NCBI GenBank assembly: GCA_010015585.1
Contig: ML975149.1
Reading direction: 5' to 3' (one strand)
DNA length: 50,377 nt
Source: Eremomyces bilateralis CBS 781.70
Taxonomy: Eukaryota
Part shown: one piece after another, positions 1 through 11,869 of the stretch
Numbering within the stretch: position 1 is the stretch's first letter
How the letters are laid out: every line of letters starts with the position of its first letter
Position numbers and translations under genes: made by a program
Notes under the pieces: model-generated
The model's database searches: none
Told to the model about the DNA's origin: nothing
The model's input: the letters and a program-made list of their open reading frames with translations, nothing else

Positions 1-125
1 GGGTCCTGCCAGTCCTGAAGACTGACTTCTTCGTCGCACCAGGTATGAGAGAGAATGGCATAGGGAGGAAACTCTGGGCCGAAAAAGTCCTCCAAGTGGA
101 GGGTTCGGGCATTGATTAAACGCAT
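1..125 (-). CDS. HET-domain (heterokaryon incompatibility) protein, 5' end; runs off the window edge
   Basis: Hand translation from ATG at 125: MRLINARTLHLEDFFGPEFPPYAILSHTWCDEEVSLQDWQD, matching the characteristic MRL..(T)L.LEEF....PPYAILSHTW..EEV opening of fungal HET-domain proteins. Not in the ORF track. Confidence 0.9.
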   Translation of the reverse strand, partial: MRLINARTLHLEDFFGPEFPPYAILSHTWCDEEVSLQDWQD

Positions 126-785
126 CCGTGGAATAAATTCAATGATCGCCGGCTCTTCAATGTCTGCTGGACAAACTGGAAACACGGAAGGAATAGTTTG
201 AAAGGTGAGCACGCAAGTTGACAACCCGACTTTGATGAAGACTAGGCTGAAGTTTATAGGCCATTTTTCGAGGATCGGCACTGCTCCAAATGCACCAGGC
301 TTTCTGAATTTCCCAGCCTGACATCTGGCAATTCGAATAGACTTGGGATTAGGGTGTGTTACATACAACTAAAACCTTGAAGTTGATGGGCTAGGATGCG
401 GACACAGGGCGTGGCAGTGCTCGCCAATCCGTCCAAACCAACTATCACCATCAAGCTTTCCTCTATCAAAGTCATCTACTCTCGAATCAGAGAACCACAA
501 GTAGTTTGATATCCCTTGGCTAGAGCTTAACGGCCTTAGGTTGGTAAACTCAATCCACTATAGAAGAGCAATGTGATGCATGACTATGGAATCATCGTGT
601 GTTTAAAGGAAAGAGGTTCGCATTACGTGGTGGTTTTGAGGGTTTACTGGGCTTCTGTGATGTGCGACGCCGCAAATATAACAGGTATATCTCGATGTAA
701 TTGTGCGTTGCGGTTCCAAGGCATAGGAAGTCTCGCCAGGGATACACTGGGTTCCCTTACAGCCGGTTGCCTCTTTTCATTAATA

Positions 786-1265
786 CAGTCACTAGCTAGC
801 GAAATTGGCTTCCGCCTTTTGCAGGTCTAAGGATTCTCAGCGCACAGCCACCTGCAGATCTTGGCGTAAACAACGCAATACGATTCTTAGTGACCAATAG
901 CTAGTCCACAGTATTGTTTCGGCGCTAAAATGTTTGTGAAGTTGAGGCCTCACAAGGAGCGGGAGGCGTTAATTAGGAAGGCACAGCGGGACTGGCAGCG
1001 GGAAAATCAACAGGAAAAACAGCAGAAACCATCTCCTATACTCGATCAACCTACTAGTACGGAGGATCTCGGTTTTTATATCGATTTACATCCCGAGTTC
1101 TGATATATAGATGATGGTAGTCAAATTGAGGTTTTGGCCTTTTGGGGCGGTCATGGGGCACGGATATTGAAAACGTTTCGCGGCTAAAATATATTTATGC
1201 CAAGAGTTACAGAGAATAAAGTTTAGGGCCGCCGTTTAGGCGGAAGCCAATTTCGCTAGTCACTG
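786..1265. mobile_element. Non-autonomous Tc1/mariner-type DNA transposon (MITE or internal-deletion derivative), 480 bp
   Basis: Left TIR 786-817 CAGTCACTAGCTAGCGAAATTGGCTTCCGCCT; right TIR 1238-1265 reverse complement CAGTGACTAGCGAAATTGGCTTCCGCCT (one mismatch plus a 4-bp CTAG duplication on the left). TA at 784-785 and 1266-1267 fits a TA target-site duplication. CAGT termini are typical of Tc1-like elements. No intact transposase. Confidence 0.9.
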
Positions 1266-1644
1266 TATGATCATCTGTGTGGTTTAGAAACTAGAGGCTA
1301 TGATCCACAAGAGGACGATCACTGACCACAAGTGCCACAAGCAGTGAGTGACGAGCTGTGTTGGCTCCAATCTTTGGCATGGCTGGAGGCGCACGACATG
1401 ATCCCAGCCCTCATGACTGATTGGCCGGGCCAATCTCATGCTGAGATTCGATGCAAGAGATTCTGCTACTTGAATCCAGAAGGACAACAAGTGAGCAAGA
1501 CCAGATCAGATGTGTTCTGACGATGAGCCATATCGAAGGTGGGACGGGAGGAGGTAGTCCGCGTGGCGTCCCATTTAACCTTTTAGCCCGCTTGTTGAGC
1601 TCAAAGGATGCAGTAACTGGTATAAGGCTTGGAAGCACCTATCC

Positions 1645-2731
1645 TCATCCCACCACCCTAAATCCTAGGGGGCTCTCGCACGAGTATGCCAACACGTAGC
1701 TCCTAGGATGCCAGGCGACGCACTGATTGCCACCTTGCGTGTCGAAGCTATGCACATACTCGCCAGTCTCAGTGTGAGCAATGTCGATGGTGTTGCCTTC
1801 GTCACTTCCACCCACGATGTATGATCCATCGAAGGAGAAAGACACACTTTTCACAGGGCCCACGCAGCTGGGCAACGTCCGCTTGCAGATCATATCGGTG
1901 GTGTCCCACAGAGAAATAAGAGCATCGGAGCCGCCAATCGCGAGGTATGTGCCTGGAGGAGATAGCTCGATCGAGAAGATCGAGGAAGTGTGGGCGTTTA
2001 TAGTATGAAGAGGGTCCTGATATGCATCAGAATTCCGAATAGCACCCGCTTATGACAGATTGGATGCTTACAAGGGATGGATAATCCAGTATCTTCACTT
2101 GACCTTCTCCAGTCGTGACAAATACCTCGTTTCCAGACCATGAGAATATATTCTGATTCGTCTGGGAATGCTGTTTCTGGGAAGACAATATACTCAAAGT
2201 CGACCGGGATATTCGATGCAGTTCATCGTCCTGTACCATTTGTTTAGCGGCTACAGCATTGATATTTGCGAAGCCCATCCATACCTTAGTCCCAACCAGC
2301 AGCTCCTCTCCATCCGGACTCCAGACCAGCGTCAACCCATCCGACCCAATCTTCACCTCCCCAACCATCGGATCCTTGCTCCTAACATCCCATAACCTGA
2401 CAACCCCTTCAGAACCTATACTCGCCAGCTCCGCTTCCTTCAACGGATGCCACGCAACCTTCTCCACCGCACCCGTGTGGCCTCTCAACTCTGTACTATA
2501 CCGCACGCTCGGTTTCTCCGGGTTCCACACCCGCAACGTCCGGTCCCCGGCCCCCGTTGCGACGAAGTTGCCGAGCGGGCTCCAGGCGAGCGTTCTGATG
2601 GCATGTGAGGTGTTGTGCGCGCTTCGGGTGGTGACGTCGCAGTAGAGGGTTGTTTTGAGGCGCTGGAAGTGATACGGGAAGGTCGATTTCGGGAGTGAGC
2701 GAGCGAGGACGGGACGGGATGGGGCGACCAT
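1645..2731 (-). CDS. THOC3: WD40-repeat protein, THO/TREX complex subunit 3 (Tex1/THOC3)
   Basis: Exons 2731-2285, 2230-2072, 2016-1645 with GT-AG introns. WD repeats include IRTLAWSPLGNFVATGAGDRTLRVWNPEK, ELRGHTGAVEKVAWHP, AIGGSDALISLWD, SVSFSFDGSYIVGGSDE, AHTETGEYVH. Confidence 0.88.
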
Positions 2732-3418
2732 GCTGGCGCCTTGACTGGGACTTTCAATTCATTCGGTATTAAGGGAGTAGGCGGAGGGGACGAGACAAGA
2801 CGATGGTCGGACATGGGTTGGTGAAACCACGACAATTGATGTGAAGTCGAGATGTGGGCACTAACCCCTGCCTACCCAAGTGGATGATGGCTGATGGGGG
2901 CAATTCCAACACCATCATGTAGGTAGGTACATACTCATAAGTATTAAAACTTGACAGGTTACGTTCTGTTTAATCTCTAGCCATTGTATATAGTAGATAT
3001 TAAGGGAGAGATTTCATGCGTAATGATATAGAGGATTGTTGCTCCACACTGGGCTGGCACACAATGCATGATTGCCGGGACACTTCACAAACCACAGCAT
3101 TAAGTGTTTGCCAATTGGAAACTGACTACAGGAGAGAAAACAGTATATCGCCTTAGCATCAATGGGATAGTAGCTCCTAGCAGCTAGAAAGGTTTACTTT
3201 GAGGCGAAGAATCGTTCGTATTGTTTCTAAGTTATTGAGGCCGATTTAGTGTTGGATGAGGCGGACAATAGCACATAATCACAGGAGCAAACTGAGTCGG
3301 CCATGAAATATGCCTAGAAGATATTCATTTTGATGTCACTGAAACTCCATTGTGCCATGATACATGCAGAATGGTCGCTCCAATAGAACGACGGGGAATC
3401 ATCACAGGAATAAATCCC

Positions 3419-4091
3419 TTACTCCTCAGGAACTAAACGACAATTAGCACGGGATCCTCGATAACAAGTGTAGGGCGCACTCACTCTCAATCTCGCCAGA
3501 CTCAATGTCATCTGAGACAGCCTTTGGGCTCCGTCCATCAACCTGGCAACCAGTGCTGAAAGCGGTACCGAGGATCTCCTTGACGGTTCCCTTCAAGTCC
3601 TTCGCCATGGACTTGAACCTCATCTTCCTGGCAATCTCAATGATCTCATCGAGAGGGATCGACTTGGTGTGCTTGATGTTCTTCTCCTTCTTGCGGTCGC
3701 GCGGCGGCTCCTTGAGGGCCTTGATGACCAGGGAGGAAGCGGAGGGGACGACGGAGACAGCGGCTTGACGATTTTGGATCGTGAGCCTGACGGTGACGCG
3801 CTGCAAGTAGGGTTAGTCTCGGCATCGAAGCCAAATGCGCAACATGCGCGGGGGATCTCAGCATACAAGTCCTTTCTGTGGTGATTGTCAGTAAACCGAG
3901 TCGATTAACGGCGCGCAGAATCCAGCACTTACCCAGTCACCAGTCGCCTTCGCGATATCTTCACCGACCTTCTTCGGCGACAGACCGAGAGGACCAATCT
4001 TGGGCGCAAGAGCGGATGAAGCACCGACTTCACCACCGGTGGCCCTCAGGTGGATGACCTTGACCTCACTGGGATCGAACTTGGGAGGCAT
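3419..4091 (-). CDS. RPL12: 60S ribosomal protein L12 (uL11)
   Basis: Exons 4091-3933, 3875-3867 (9 nt, KGL), 3800-3485, 3432-3419 total 498 nt = 165 aa, [41 protein letters not shown]...IPEE. Probable 5'UTR intron ~4122-4178. Confidence 0.98.
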
Positions 4092-4770
4092 GATGTCGGG
4101 GCGTTATGGGTGAGTTGTCGGCTAGACGGAGTGCGGAGTTAGTAATGGCCTCGAAGCTGGCTTGGCGATGATACTCACGTTCGGCCTGGACGTGAGGTAG
4201 TCTATCACACAAGCGATGTCGAATTGGATGCTCGAAGTCTAAGAATATCGGGAGACGGAAATTTCGCGTGCAAATTGAATGTGGAACGGGAAGGGGGGGG
4301 GCGGATGACTAAGATGCTAAATGAGGCATTAAGGCTACAAGGCATCAACACCACCCCCCCGCCAGGCTTCCGTTGTGGTTCCGTAACACCGTTGACCTCA
4401 TCAGGATCTGATCGGTCATCCGTGATCACTGATCTGTATCCCCTCCCGAGCTCTCATCAATGTCACCACTGAGGTGATTACTGATGCCATCTTCACCATA
4501 CCTATCCCGCAGTTTCTAAACACGCAGTTTGAGGCCGGTTCGAGCCTATTTGTAATCCAATCCAAGTATCTGGGCTCGAGTTAAGCCGAGTCCACCAATC
4601 CACCTCCAAGTCAGCCAGGTATATAAGCATCAATGTAGAACAGCGACCGTAAATGCGAAGCCGAACAATATCGTACATCGTATCTTGCAAACGTACCCTT
4701 TCATTTATCTCATCTAGTCAACAACCTTTATACCTCTGCACCGGTCATAGTCTCATACATCCATTTGAAC

Positions 4771-5683
4771 ATGTCCAAGCTCATCGCCATCGTCGCCGGT
4801 GTCGGCCCAGGCACTGGAGCTGCCGTCGCACGGAGGTTTGCAACCGCGTATCCAGTGGTTCTGCTCTCCAGGAACGCCTCCAGCTTCAACTTCCTCGTGG
4901 ATGAGATCAATGGCAACGGAGGCAAGGCGATTGGGATACCGACGGATGTGTCAGACGCTGCAAGTGTCAAAAACGCTATCGACTCCATCCATAAGGAGTT
5001 CGGCGCGGATGTTGCCGCTGCTGTAAGTCGAGTGGAGTGGTGTTACGAATATCATAGCTGTCGATATATCTAATAGCATTTCTAGGCGGCTGTCTTCAAC
5101 GCAGCCGGTGGATTTATTCGCAAACCATTCTTGGAGTTGACTGAAGAGGAGTTCTCGAGGGGGATCACAGTCTCTGGGTAAGGTCGCATGCTTCCCGAAA
5201 CACGAATTATGGATGCTTACCCTATGTTCCAGCAAGGGCTCCTTTGTGTTCTCCCAAGCGACGTTGCCATTGCTACTGAAGGGCGTGGACGCCGGCTCAA
5301 AGTACCCACCAACCCTGATCTTCACCGGGGCGACCGCCTCACTCAGGGGCTCCGCCCAGCTATCCGCCTTCGCGACGGGAGAATTCGCGAAACGCGCCCT
5401 GGCGCAATCTCTCGGAAGAGAGTTTGGACCGAAGGGTGTGCATGTCGCGAATGCGATCATCGACGGGGTGATCGATATTGAGAAAACCAAGGAGTGGTTG
5501 AAAGACGCTGGTCCGGATGCAAAGATCAAAGCCGACGCGGTAAGTCCGGTTACTGGTCTTCTTTTCAGGATATGACGACTAACAAGATATCAGATTGCCG
5601 AGGCGTACTGGAGCCTTCACACGCAGCATCGCTCGGCCCTGACGCATGAGATCGATATTCGTCCATTCGTCGAGAAATGGTAG
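4771..5683 (+). CDS. Short-chain dehydrogenase/reductase (Rossmann fold)
   Basis: MSKLIAIVAGVGPGTGAAVARRF..., AVFNAAGG, LIFTGATASLRGS, RALAQSLGREFGPKGVHVANAIIDG, EIDIRPFVEKW*. Three introns (~5023-5085, ~5178-5232, ~5540-5593). Confidence 0.92.
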
Positions 5684-5796
5684 AGAGTGGATGGAAACGG
5701 CGCATTCTAACAGGACTGTAGCTGGAAATAATGAACTTTGTAACGAAAGAAATTCAAATGGGTATCTATGTCAGAGCTTGGTGTCCTTCGTTATAT

Positions 5797-6948
5797 CTAA
5801 AACATGAAAGTCGGCATCTCATCCCCACGTCCAGTCTTCGGTACCATTTTCTCCTTCTCCTTCCTCGCCATTCCCGCCCTTCGCTTCGCGAATCGCTCTG
5901 GTGCCGTAAGTGAGCCTTCCTCCTGCTTGATGTGAGGTTCAATGCCGGACCCAGCATACTTGGGGTGCGAAGACTCTGCCCTCGATGAGTATTTGGCCTC
6001 GGAGCGTTCCGGTATGGTGTAATTGTGGCCGCCTGTGCTCACTGGTGGCGGTCTTCGTAGATCTCTGTATTCCCGCCGTGATAAATCTTCTCGACGGAGC
6101 TCTTTCGTTGCTGTCGATGACTCCGGCTGGACAGTTGGATGCGAGCTTCGTAGTTGTACGATATCATCTTTGTCGTCTCTCCGTCTCTTGGTCGATAATC
6201 CCATTGAGAAGTCAAGAGGCACTCTAGCAGAGGCCCGGCTTCTCGACCTGAATCCCGCCAGCGCCGCGAGCTCCTGTGAAGACTCTTTTGGCCCGGACAT
6301 CAGCCCTGCCAAGTTCGAGTCCCGTAGCCACAGCTCCTCGCTCTCACTGTCGCCCTCGTCATCCATGCGGCCGAACGCCTCTTGCTGCCGGTCTTTCGGA
6401 GCAAACGCGTCGTTTCGTTTTCTCGATTCGCCTCCTAATGTTGAGCCTGGTACTATATGACGTGTAATGGATTGTATAACCGAGGAACTCTGGCTGCTGA
6501 CGCGTGTTTTGAGTCGTTTGTACTCTGCGTGGTGGAGGTGCCGCGTGAATAGTTGCGCGGTGCTCAGAAACTCGTCCTCGACCATTATCCAAGCATCGTC
6601 ACCATCAAGGCCTTCAATCATGAACCTGGCACAATCAGAACGTGCTAGTACATCGTTAATCTATATGCTATTCCCTTACTCTTCCTCTGGCGGTGCTGGT
6701 ATCGGCGAGGACGACATTTGCCGACGTGCATCTGCTCGATCTCATCAACATTCATTTGGACTTCAAATAATTACGGAAGAGGAAATATAATTACCTTTTG
6801 AACGGTGATACTCATCAGTATATTCGGCGGAAGCGCTGGGAGAAGCGCCATCGCTTCGCGACTTGGATGCATTAAACGACGTCCTGGCTGAGGCGGTCTT
6901 CCGTCGTGATACCTCCGAACCACCCGACCAAGGCAGCTTTCGAACCAT
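5797..6948 (-). CDS. Fungal hypothetical protein, largely disordered
   Basis: MVRKLPW... start, two probable introns (~6743-6794, ~6626-6678), ordered core FMIEGLDGDDAWIMVEDEFLSTAQLFTRHLHHAEYKRLK, C-terminus EMPTFMF*. Confidence 0.75.
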
Positions 6949-7505
6949 TTTCAAGTAAATGTCACAGAATAACCATTTTGGGGCGAGGATCCGCCATGGT
7001 TCCTCATGTGATCGACTGATCGTGAGGAAGCAAACTTTTGGGAAGCTATGGAAAGTCGGGCGTTATCTTAAGGAATTCTCAAGGAAAGACGATCTCGTTA
7101 TTGAACCCTGTTGAAAGGTTCAACAATGAACACATTTATGGGGAGTAGTCCGCCCTGCCCTGCTATCTGAATCTTAAACCAGAATCGCGATTGGATCAAT
7201 ATCGGAGCCTACTGAAATAGAAGGTTACAGGTAATTAATTATTCCACCGCGACTTCTACATGGCACCGTGCCAGGAGGCTACCTCAATGTGAAGGTAAAA
7301 CAAGAGTACATAGTATGATTCGTATTTGAACCACCAGTATAAAGAGATTAAGTCAGCACTGCGAAGTCCATTGGGAGACTGAGGGTGATTTATTAGCTAT
7401 ATCCTCTGGAGTCAGATCCGCATCCCCTAGGTCCTAGACGCGCTGGCTGTTATACATACGTGCAGACGAGATGCCACCGTAGCGTATTCCTTTTGCCGCC
7501 GTCGT

Positions 7506-10500
7506 CTATAGAATATCCTCATCATCATCCTCCACAAACCCAAACTGCCCATGCTCAATCGCCGATATCCGATCCAACTCCGCCTGATACTCCCTCCGCA
7601 CGTCATCCAGCGTGACCAGCGTCTGCCCCCCCTTCCGCCTCTCCGTCAAGATCCACGCGTTATCCGGATCTACCAAGCTGAGCGAATTGATCACGACGAG
7701 GTAGCTCTGCGCGAGTGTTTCGTCGGCCGGGTTGTTGACGGTCTCGGACGCGTCGCGGAGCCGCTGGATCCGCGAGTACATGATGCCGGCGGCGCCGCGG
7801 TGGTCGTTGCGGGAGATGCGCCAGGTGTAGATCATCTGTTGGAGGACGCCCGCGGTCTTTGTGTCCAGTGTGTTGCGGCACATCGAAACGAGGATGTCGT
7901 CTACCTCGTTATAGAAGGATGCGAATGGGAGGCCATGGAATAGTTGCTTGATGGTCGAATGCTGGAGCATGGCTTTGATCAGGGCCTCTAGACCTTGCTT
8001 TTGTCTGGGATACGTTAGCTCCGTTCGGTGAAGTGGGCTAGAGATAGCATACTGAGACTTGTCGCCCGACTGACACAAGGCAAGATACGCCTCTTCATAG
8101 TCATGGATTTGGAGGCATGCATGAAGGTAACAGCTATTCAACTCAGCGAGGCTCGCTTCGTCCGCTTCTTGCGGAGCAATCTCCAGGGCGTCTTGGGCCA
8201 ATCTGGCAAACTCAATCACACCAGGGGAATACTTTTCGGCTTCGTACAGCTGGCCGACGTGCAGATAATACTGGCCGACTCCACCCCCGAAGGCTTCCTT
8301 TTCCTGGGCTTTCAAAATGCCCGCATCGACTTGCTCAATGTCGGTTTGGCCCTCACCTATTGCTCGTTAGTGTAACGCTTCCATAGGATAGACATCTACT
8401 CACCAAGCATGAAAGAGCTCTTCTTGAAGAGGATAGAAGCCTCAGCGAAGTCTCCAAGCGTTAACTTGACCCTAGCCCGTAAGTAGTTGGTCCATGGAGT
8501 GACAGGGAGGAACCGTAGGAAGTCGCTGGTATTCTGAACCTCGCCATGTTGGAGTAGATAACTGGCTATCCGTCCTGTAATGTTGTCGAATTCTTGTGAC
8601 AAGGAGAGACCCGACACCCACGCCCGACACCAATACGTGAGCAGAGTAGAAAGATCCCCATTTGGTGACGGGATGTGATGCCAATCCCCCATGAACATGC
8701 TCTGCATGACGGTTTCTCGTGGGTCTAGCGCAAGTTCTTTAGAGTAAGGCGACTTCTCACCGGTGCAGTACGTTTCGTTCAGCCAACGGAGGATGCACTG
8801 CTCCTTCAGCTGCGAGCTTAGCTCATTGTAAATTTCGGAAGGGTCGAATTCCGAGGAGAGGACGGATGAGTCGATATCAATGGCGACGAAAATGACGAAA
8901 ACGAGTAAGTCGAGAAGAACCTGGAACGTCCTTGACAAAGTCTCTCTGGTCCCCTGAAGCAGCCCCTCGGCACCATATCGAGTCAGGTCGAGCTTGTGTT
9001 GATGGCCGTGATGGTCCTCTTTCAATTCCTCAATAATGTCATAGAAGAGTTGGTTTTTCAGCGTCTTGAATCCCCCGAGCTCGTCCATGGATTCGGCCAG
9101 TTTAGACAACAAATCATCACTGACGAGTTCGCATAAGCCGCATTGTGCTTCGAACATGCTGAGCCGCTCCAGCAGGACCACCGATGGCTCTTCCATTGCT
9201 TCAAGGGACACGGCACGCTCCAATACCTCTTGGAACGATGCAGGAAGGCCTGCCCGAAACTCACGCATAACAAGCATATACGGTGCCCTTGATACCGACT
9301 CCTTGTTATGAAATGCGTGGGTTAATGTCATTGGTGCGGACTTTGGTCGATGTAGGAGGGTGTCGTGGTTGAGGATCGAGAGATCGATAGTGCTGCACTT
9401 TCGAACCACCGACACAAAGTCGGCTTCGACAAGCCAAGGTGTGTTGGTATGATCGTCGAGGCAGAGGGCGAGTGTTTCAGTTCTGCTTTTATGCAAGTCT
9501 CGAACAAGTCCGAAGAAGATCTGCCATTGAGCTCCGATCGCTAGTTCGTGAGCGTCCGGATTTTGGTAGTCTTCATCCATGACAGTTTCCATCGCGTGAT
9601 GCTCAATGGCAAAGCTAACACGCTCTTTTAATGGGATATTCTTTGCGCTCTGCCTCTGAACCTGAATACCTGTTCCGCGGAAATAAACGGTTAAAGCGCT
9701 TTCAAGACACGGCACCGAGAATGTCCCGGACTTAAACAAATACCGAAGCCATCGTTCAGTCATGGTGGGATTATGAAGGTCGAGGGTCGATTGCGAGAAG
9801 TCGATAGGACACTGTGATTTGAGGGCGTCGGCGGACGACAGTCCCGAATCGACGTATACCCAGCCCCTCTTCCATGCCCCTTCTAGGGTCTTCTGAGGAC
9901 CAAACAAACTGAACTTGAGCCCGAACACCCGTGATGTTGGGCCGGATCTCGCGCGGATCCAGAGTTCAGTCTGCCTCCACCCAGTCGAGGGTTTGATATG
10001 GAAGTTTTCCAGCGTCCAAACCGAGGTGTTCATCAGCTCATCCACTGGGGGGATGAAACGGACGCTAGATTGAATGTCTCGGAATCCTTTCTCGGTCTCA
10101 TCGGCATCCCAAATCCCCCAAAATTTGAATTGGTGTGTGTGGGGAGAATACGTGACCACATAGTACGCATCTCCATCTTGGCCCGAGACATCTAGGATCT
10201 GCAGCATGTCTTGTTTTGACGGATCTAGGAGGAAGGTCGTTTTTCTTTCCGGATCGTCGAGCTCTGCGCCGGCAAGATCGGCCTCCATTCCAACCTTTCC
10301 TGTGTGCAGGTTCCACGCCCTTAGGGTGTGATCCAGGCAAACTGTGAATATGTGGCGCTTGTCTGGAGATTGTGCTAGGCTAGCCGCTGCATTTCCATAC
10401 AGCTCCAGGCCTTCGAATCGTACGGAGTGAGAAGATTTCCATGTGAGCAAGCTCTTGAGCGATTTACTCCAATCGTTCAACGAGTAGTAGGTTTCTCTCC

Positions 10501-11293
10501 AACCCGACACTAGGACGGTTAGTCTGTGTACTCCAGCGAGAGTTTTAGATATCTCACCATTGTTGCTATGTCCACGCTCTAGCCGGATGATGGTTCCTTC
10601 ATGGGTCGATACAAGCAGCTCCGACGCACTGGAGGCGAGCAAGCGGTACGGATATTTGAAAGCAAATGCCTGAGGCTTGCTAAGATTGCACCAGTCCACG
10701 ATGGGTGTAACTCCGATATAGGGCGGCTCCTGCTCAAACACAGAAGCATCGCTTGGTGCCGCAATCGGTTTGTTTGCAGTGGTCGGAACGAAGAACCGCC
10801 ATGGAAGTCGAAGGGAGTAGAGTTCGTTTGCGGTCGTTAGGACGAAGAAATCGAAGGGGTCGGCCACAGTCTGCTTTCCATCGCCTGAGTGTCCCGAGTG
10901 CGGAAATGCCACGCATGATGTCCGGACAGGACTGGAGAATTTGAATTGGAGTGTGAGAGTGGGATCGGCTTTCGTAGATCGGTGTTGGGTCAGGTCAATC
11001 GTTTGAAGCTCCAAGGTCGTACGCTCATCAAGCAAACGCCATAGCAGCGATCGTGGACCATTCGTATGTGGAAAGAAGTGGATGGAGCCTTCGGTCGAGA
11101 TATGGCGTCGGCCAAAGTCATTCTCGTCCTCCCCAATTCCGATTTCCGGGAGTATCTCGACAGGCGCTCGTTGTGTGGTGGATATCGATGCTCCAGCAGA
11201 CGGGAGAGTGATTGCGATTGTCGATGTCTCGTCGGCCTGCTCTAGACTCAGGCGAGTTCCGATGTAAAGGCAGGGCGCCACTGCCGGCGCCAT
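7506..11293 (-). CDS. NUP120: Nucleoporin Nup120/Nup160
   Basis: About 1200 aa: beta-propeller N-terminus (PRSLLWR, IFTVCLDHTLRAWNLHTGK) then helical C-terminus (YTWRISRNDHRGAAGIMYSRIQRL, YLVVINSLSLVD, LVTLDDVRREY). Three short introns. ATG at 11293 (MAPAVAPCLY). Confidence 0.88.
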
Positions 11294-11484
11294 GACACCT
11301 TTACATGCAATGAGAGATAGTGGGAAGTTAAGAGTGGTATCGTTGCGCGTATATCTAAACTTTCCAACTTGACGCGAGAAGTGCAGCTGGTTTGGCGAAG
11401 TGAATTGGTGGAAGACGCGTTGAGGCCACAAGGCCATAAAGCAAACAGCCGCTACGGACCTCCCTGTCGCAAAAATCCTCCGCC

Positions 11485-11492
11485 TATAAAAG
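11485..11492 (+). promoter_or_regulatory. Putative TATA box (TATAAAAG) pointing away from NUP120
   Basis: Canonical TATAWAWR followed by a pyrimidine tract (11511-11531) ~45 bp upstream of a structured non-coding segment. Confidence 0.45.
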
Positions 11493-11531
11493 CGCGAAAA
11501 TTCCACGAACCTTCTGCTGACTTTTTCTTTT

Positions 11532-11820
11532 CGACATCATCAGTAGATCGAGGCTCCGCTTCGGCGGCTCGCTGAGGGTTTTCTAGTCTACGGGCTTCTA
11601 GATCTCCCTCCGTTCCCGGCCTCGTTGAACGACTCCATTCGTCTTTTCCTATTCAGCTGCAAGCGTCACGCAATCATGTTGCTCTGCTTGGAACTGTGGG
11701 ATGAATGGCACATGAAATATTGTAGAACGCTTGGTGGTTGACGAGCATACGGCAGCTTAATGCACCGGCTTACACTGTCGGGTAATAATGGCCGAGCGGC
11801 GCGCTCTTATGTTGATGTCG
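11532..11820 (+). ncRNA. Candidate ~290-nt structured ncRNA, family not recognised
   Basis: Ends pair (CGACATCA 11532-39 / TGATGTCG 11813-20). Internal stems CCGC-TTCG-GCGG, GAGGG/CCCTC, CTCGTTGA/TTGACGAG, CCATTCGTCTT/GGGATGAATGG. G-U pairs favour the + strand. No credible ORF. Confidence 0.5.
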
Positions 11821-11869
11821 CTGTCGCGTTAAGCGATCCGAAGATTCAGATTTTGAGCGTAAGACGAAG

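Noticed and set aside
11294..11506. 71-aa N-terminal extension of Nup120 in the ORF track
   Set aside because: Starts at GTG, which is not a normal eukaryotic initiator, and crosses promoter sequence; ATG 11293 fits the start of the family-like sequence.
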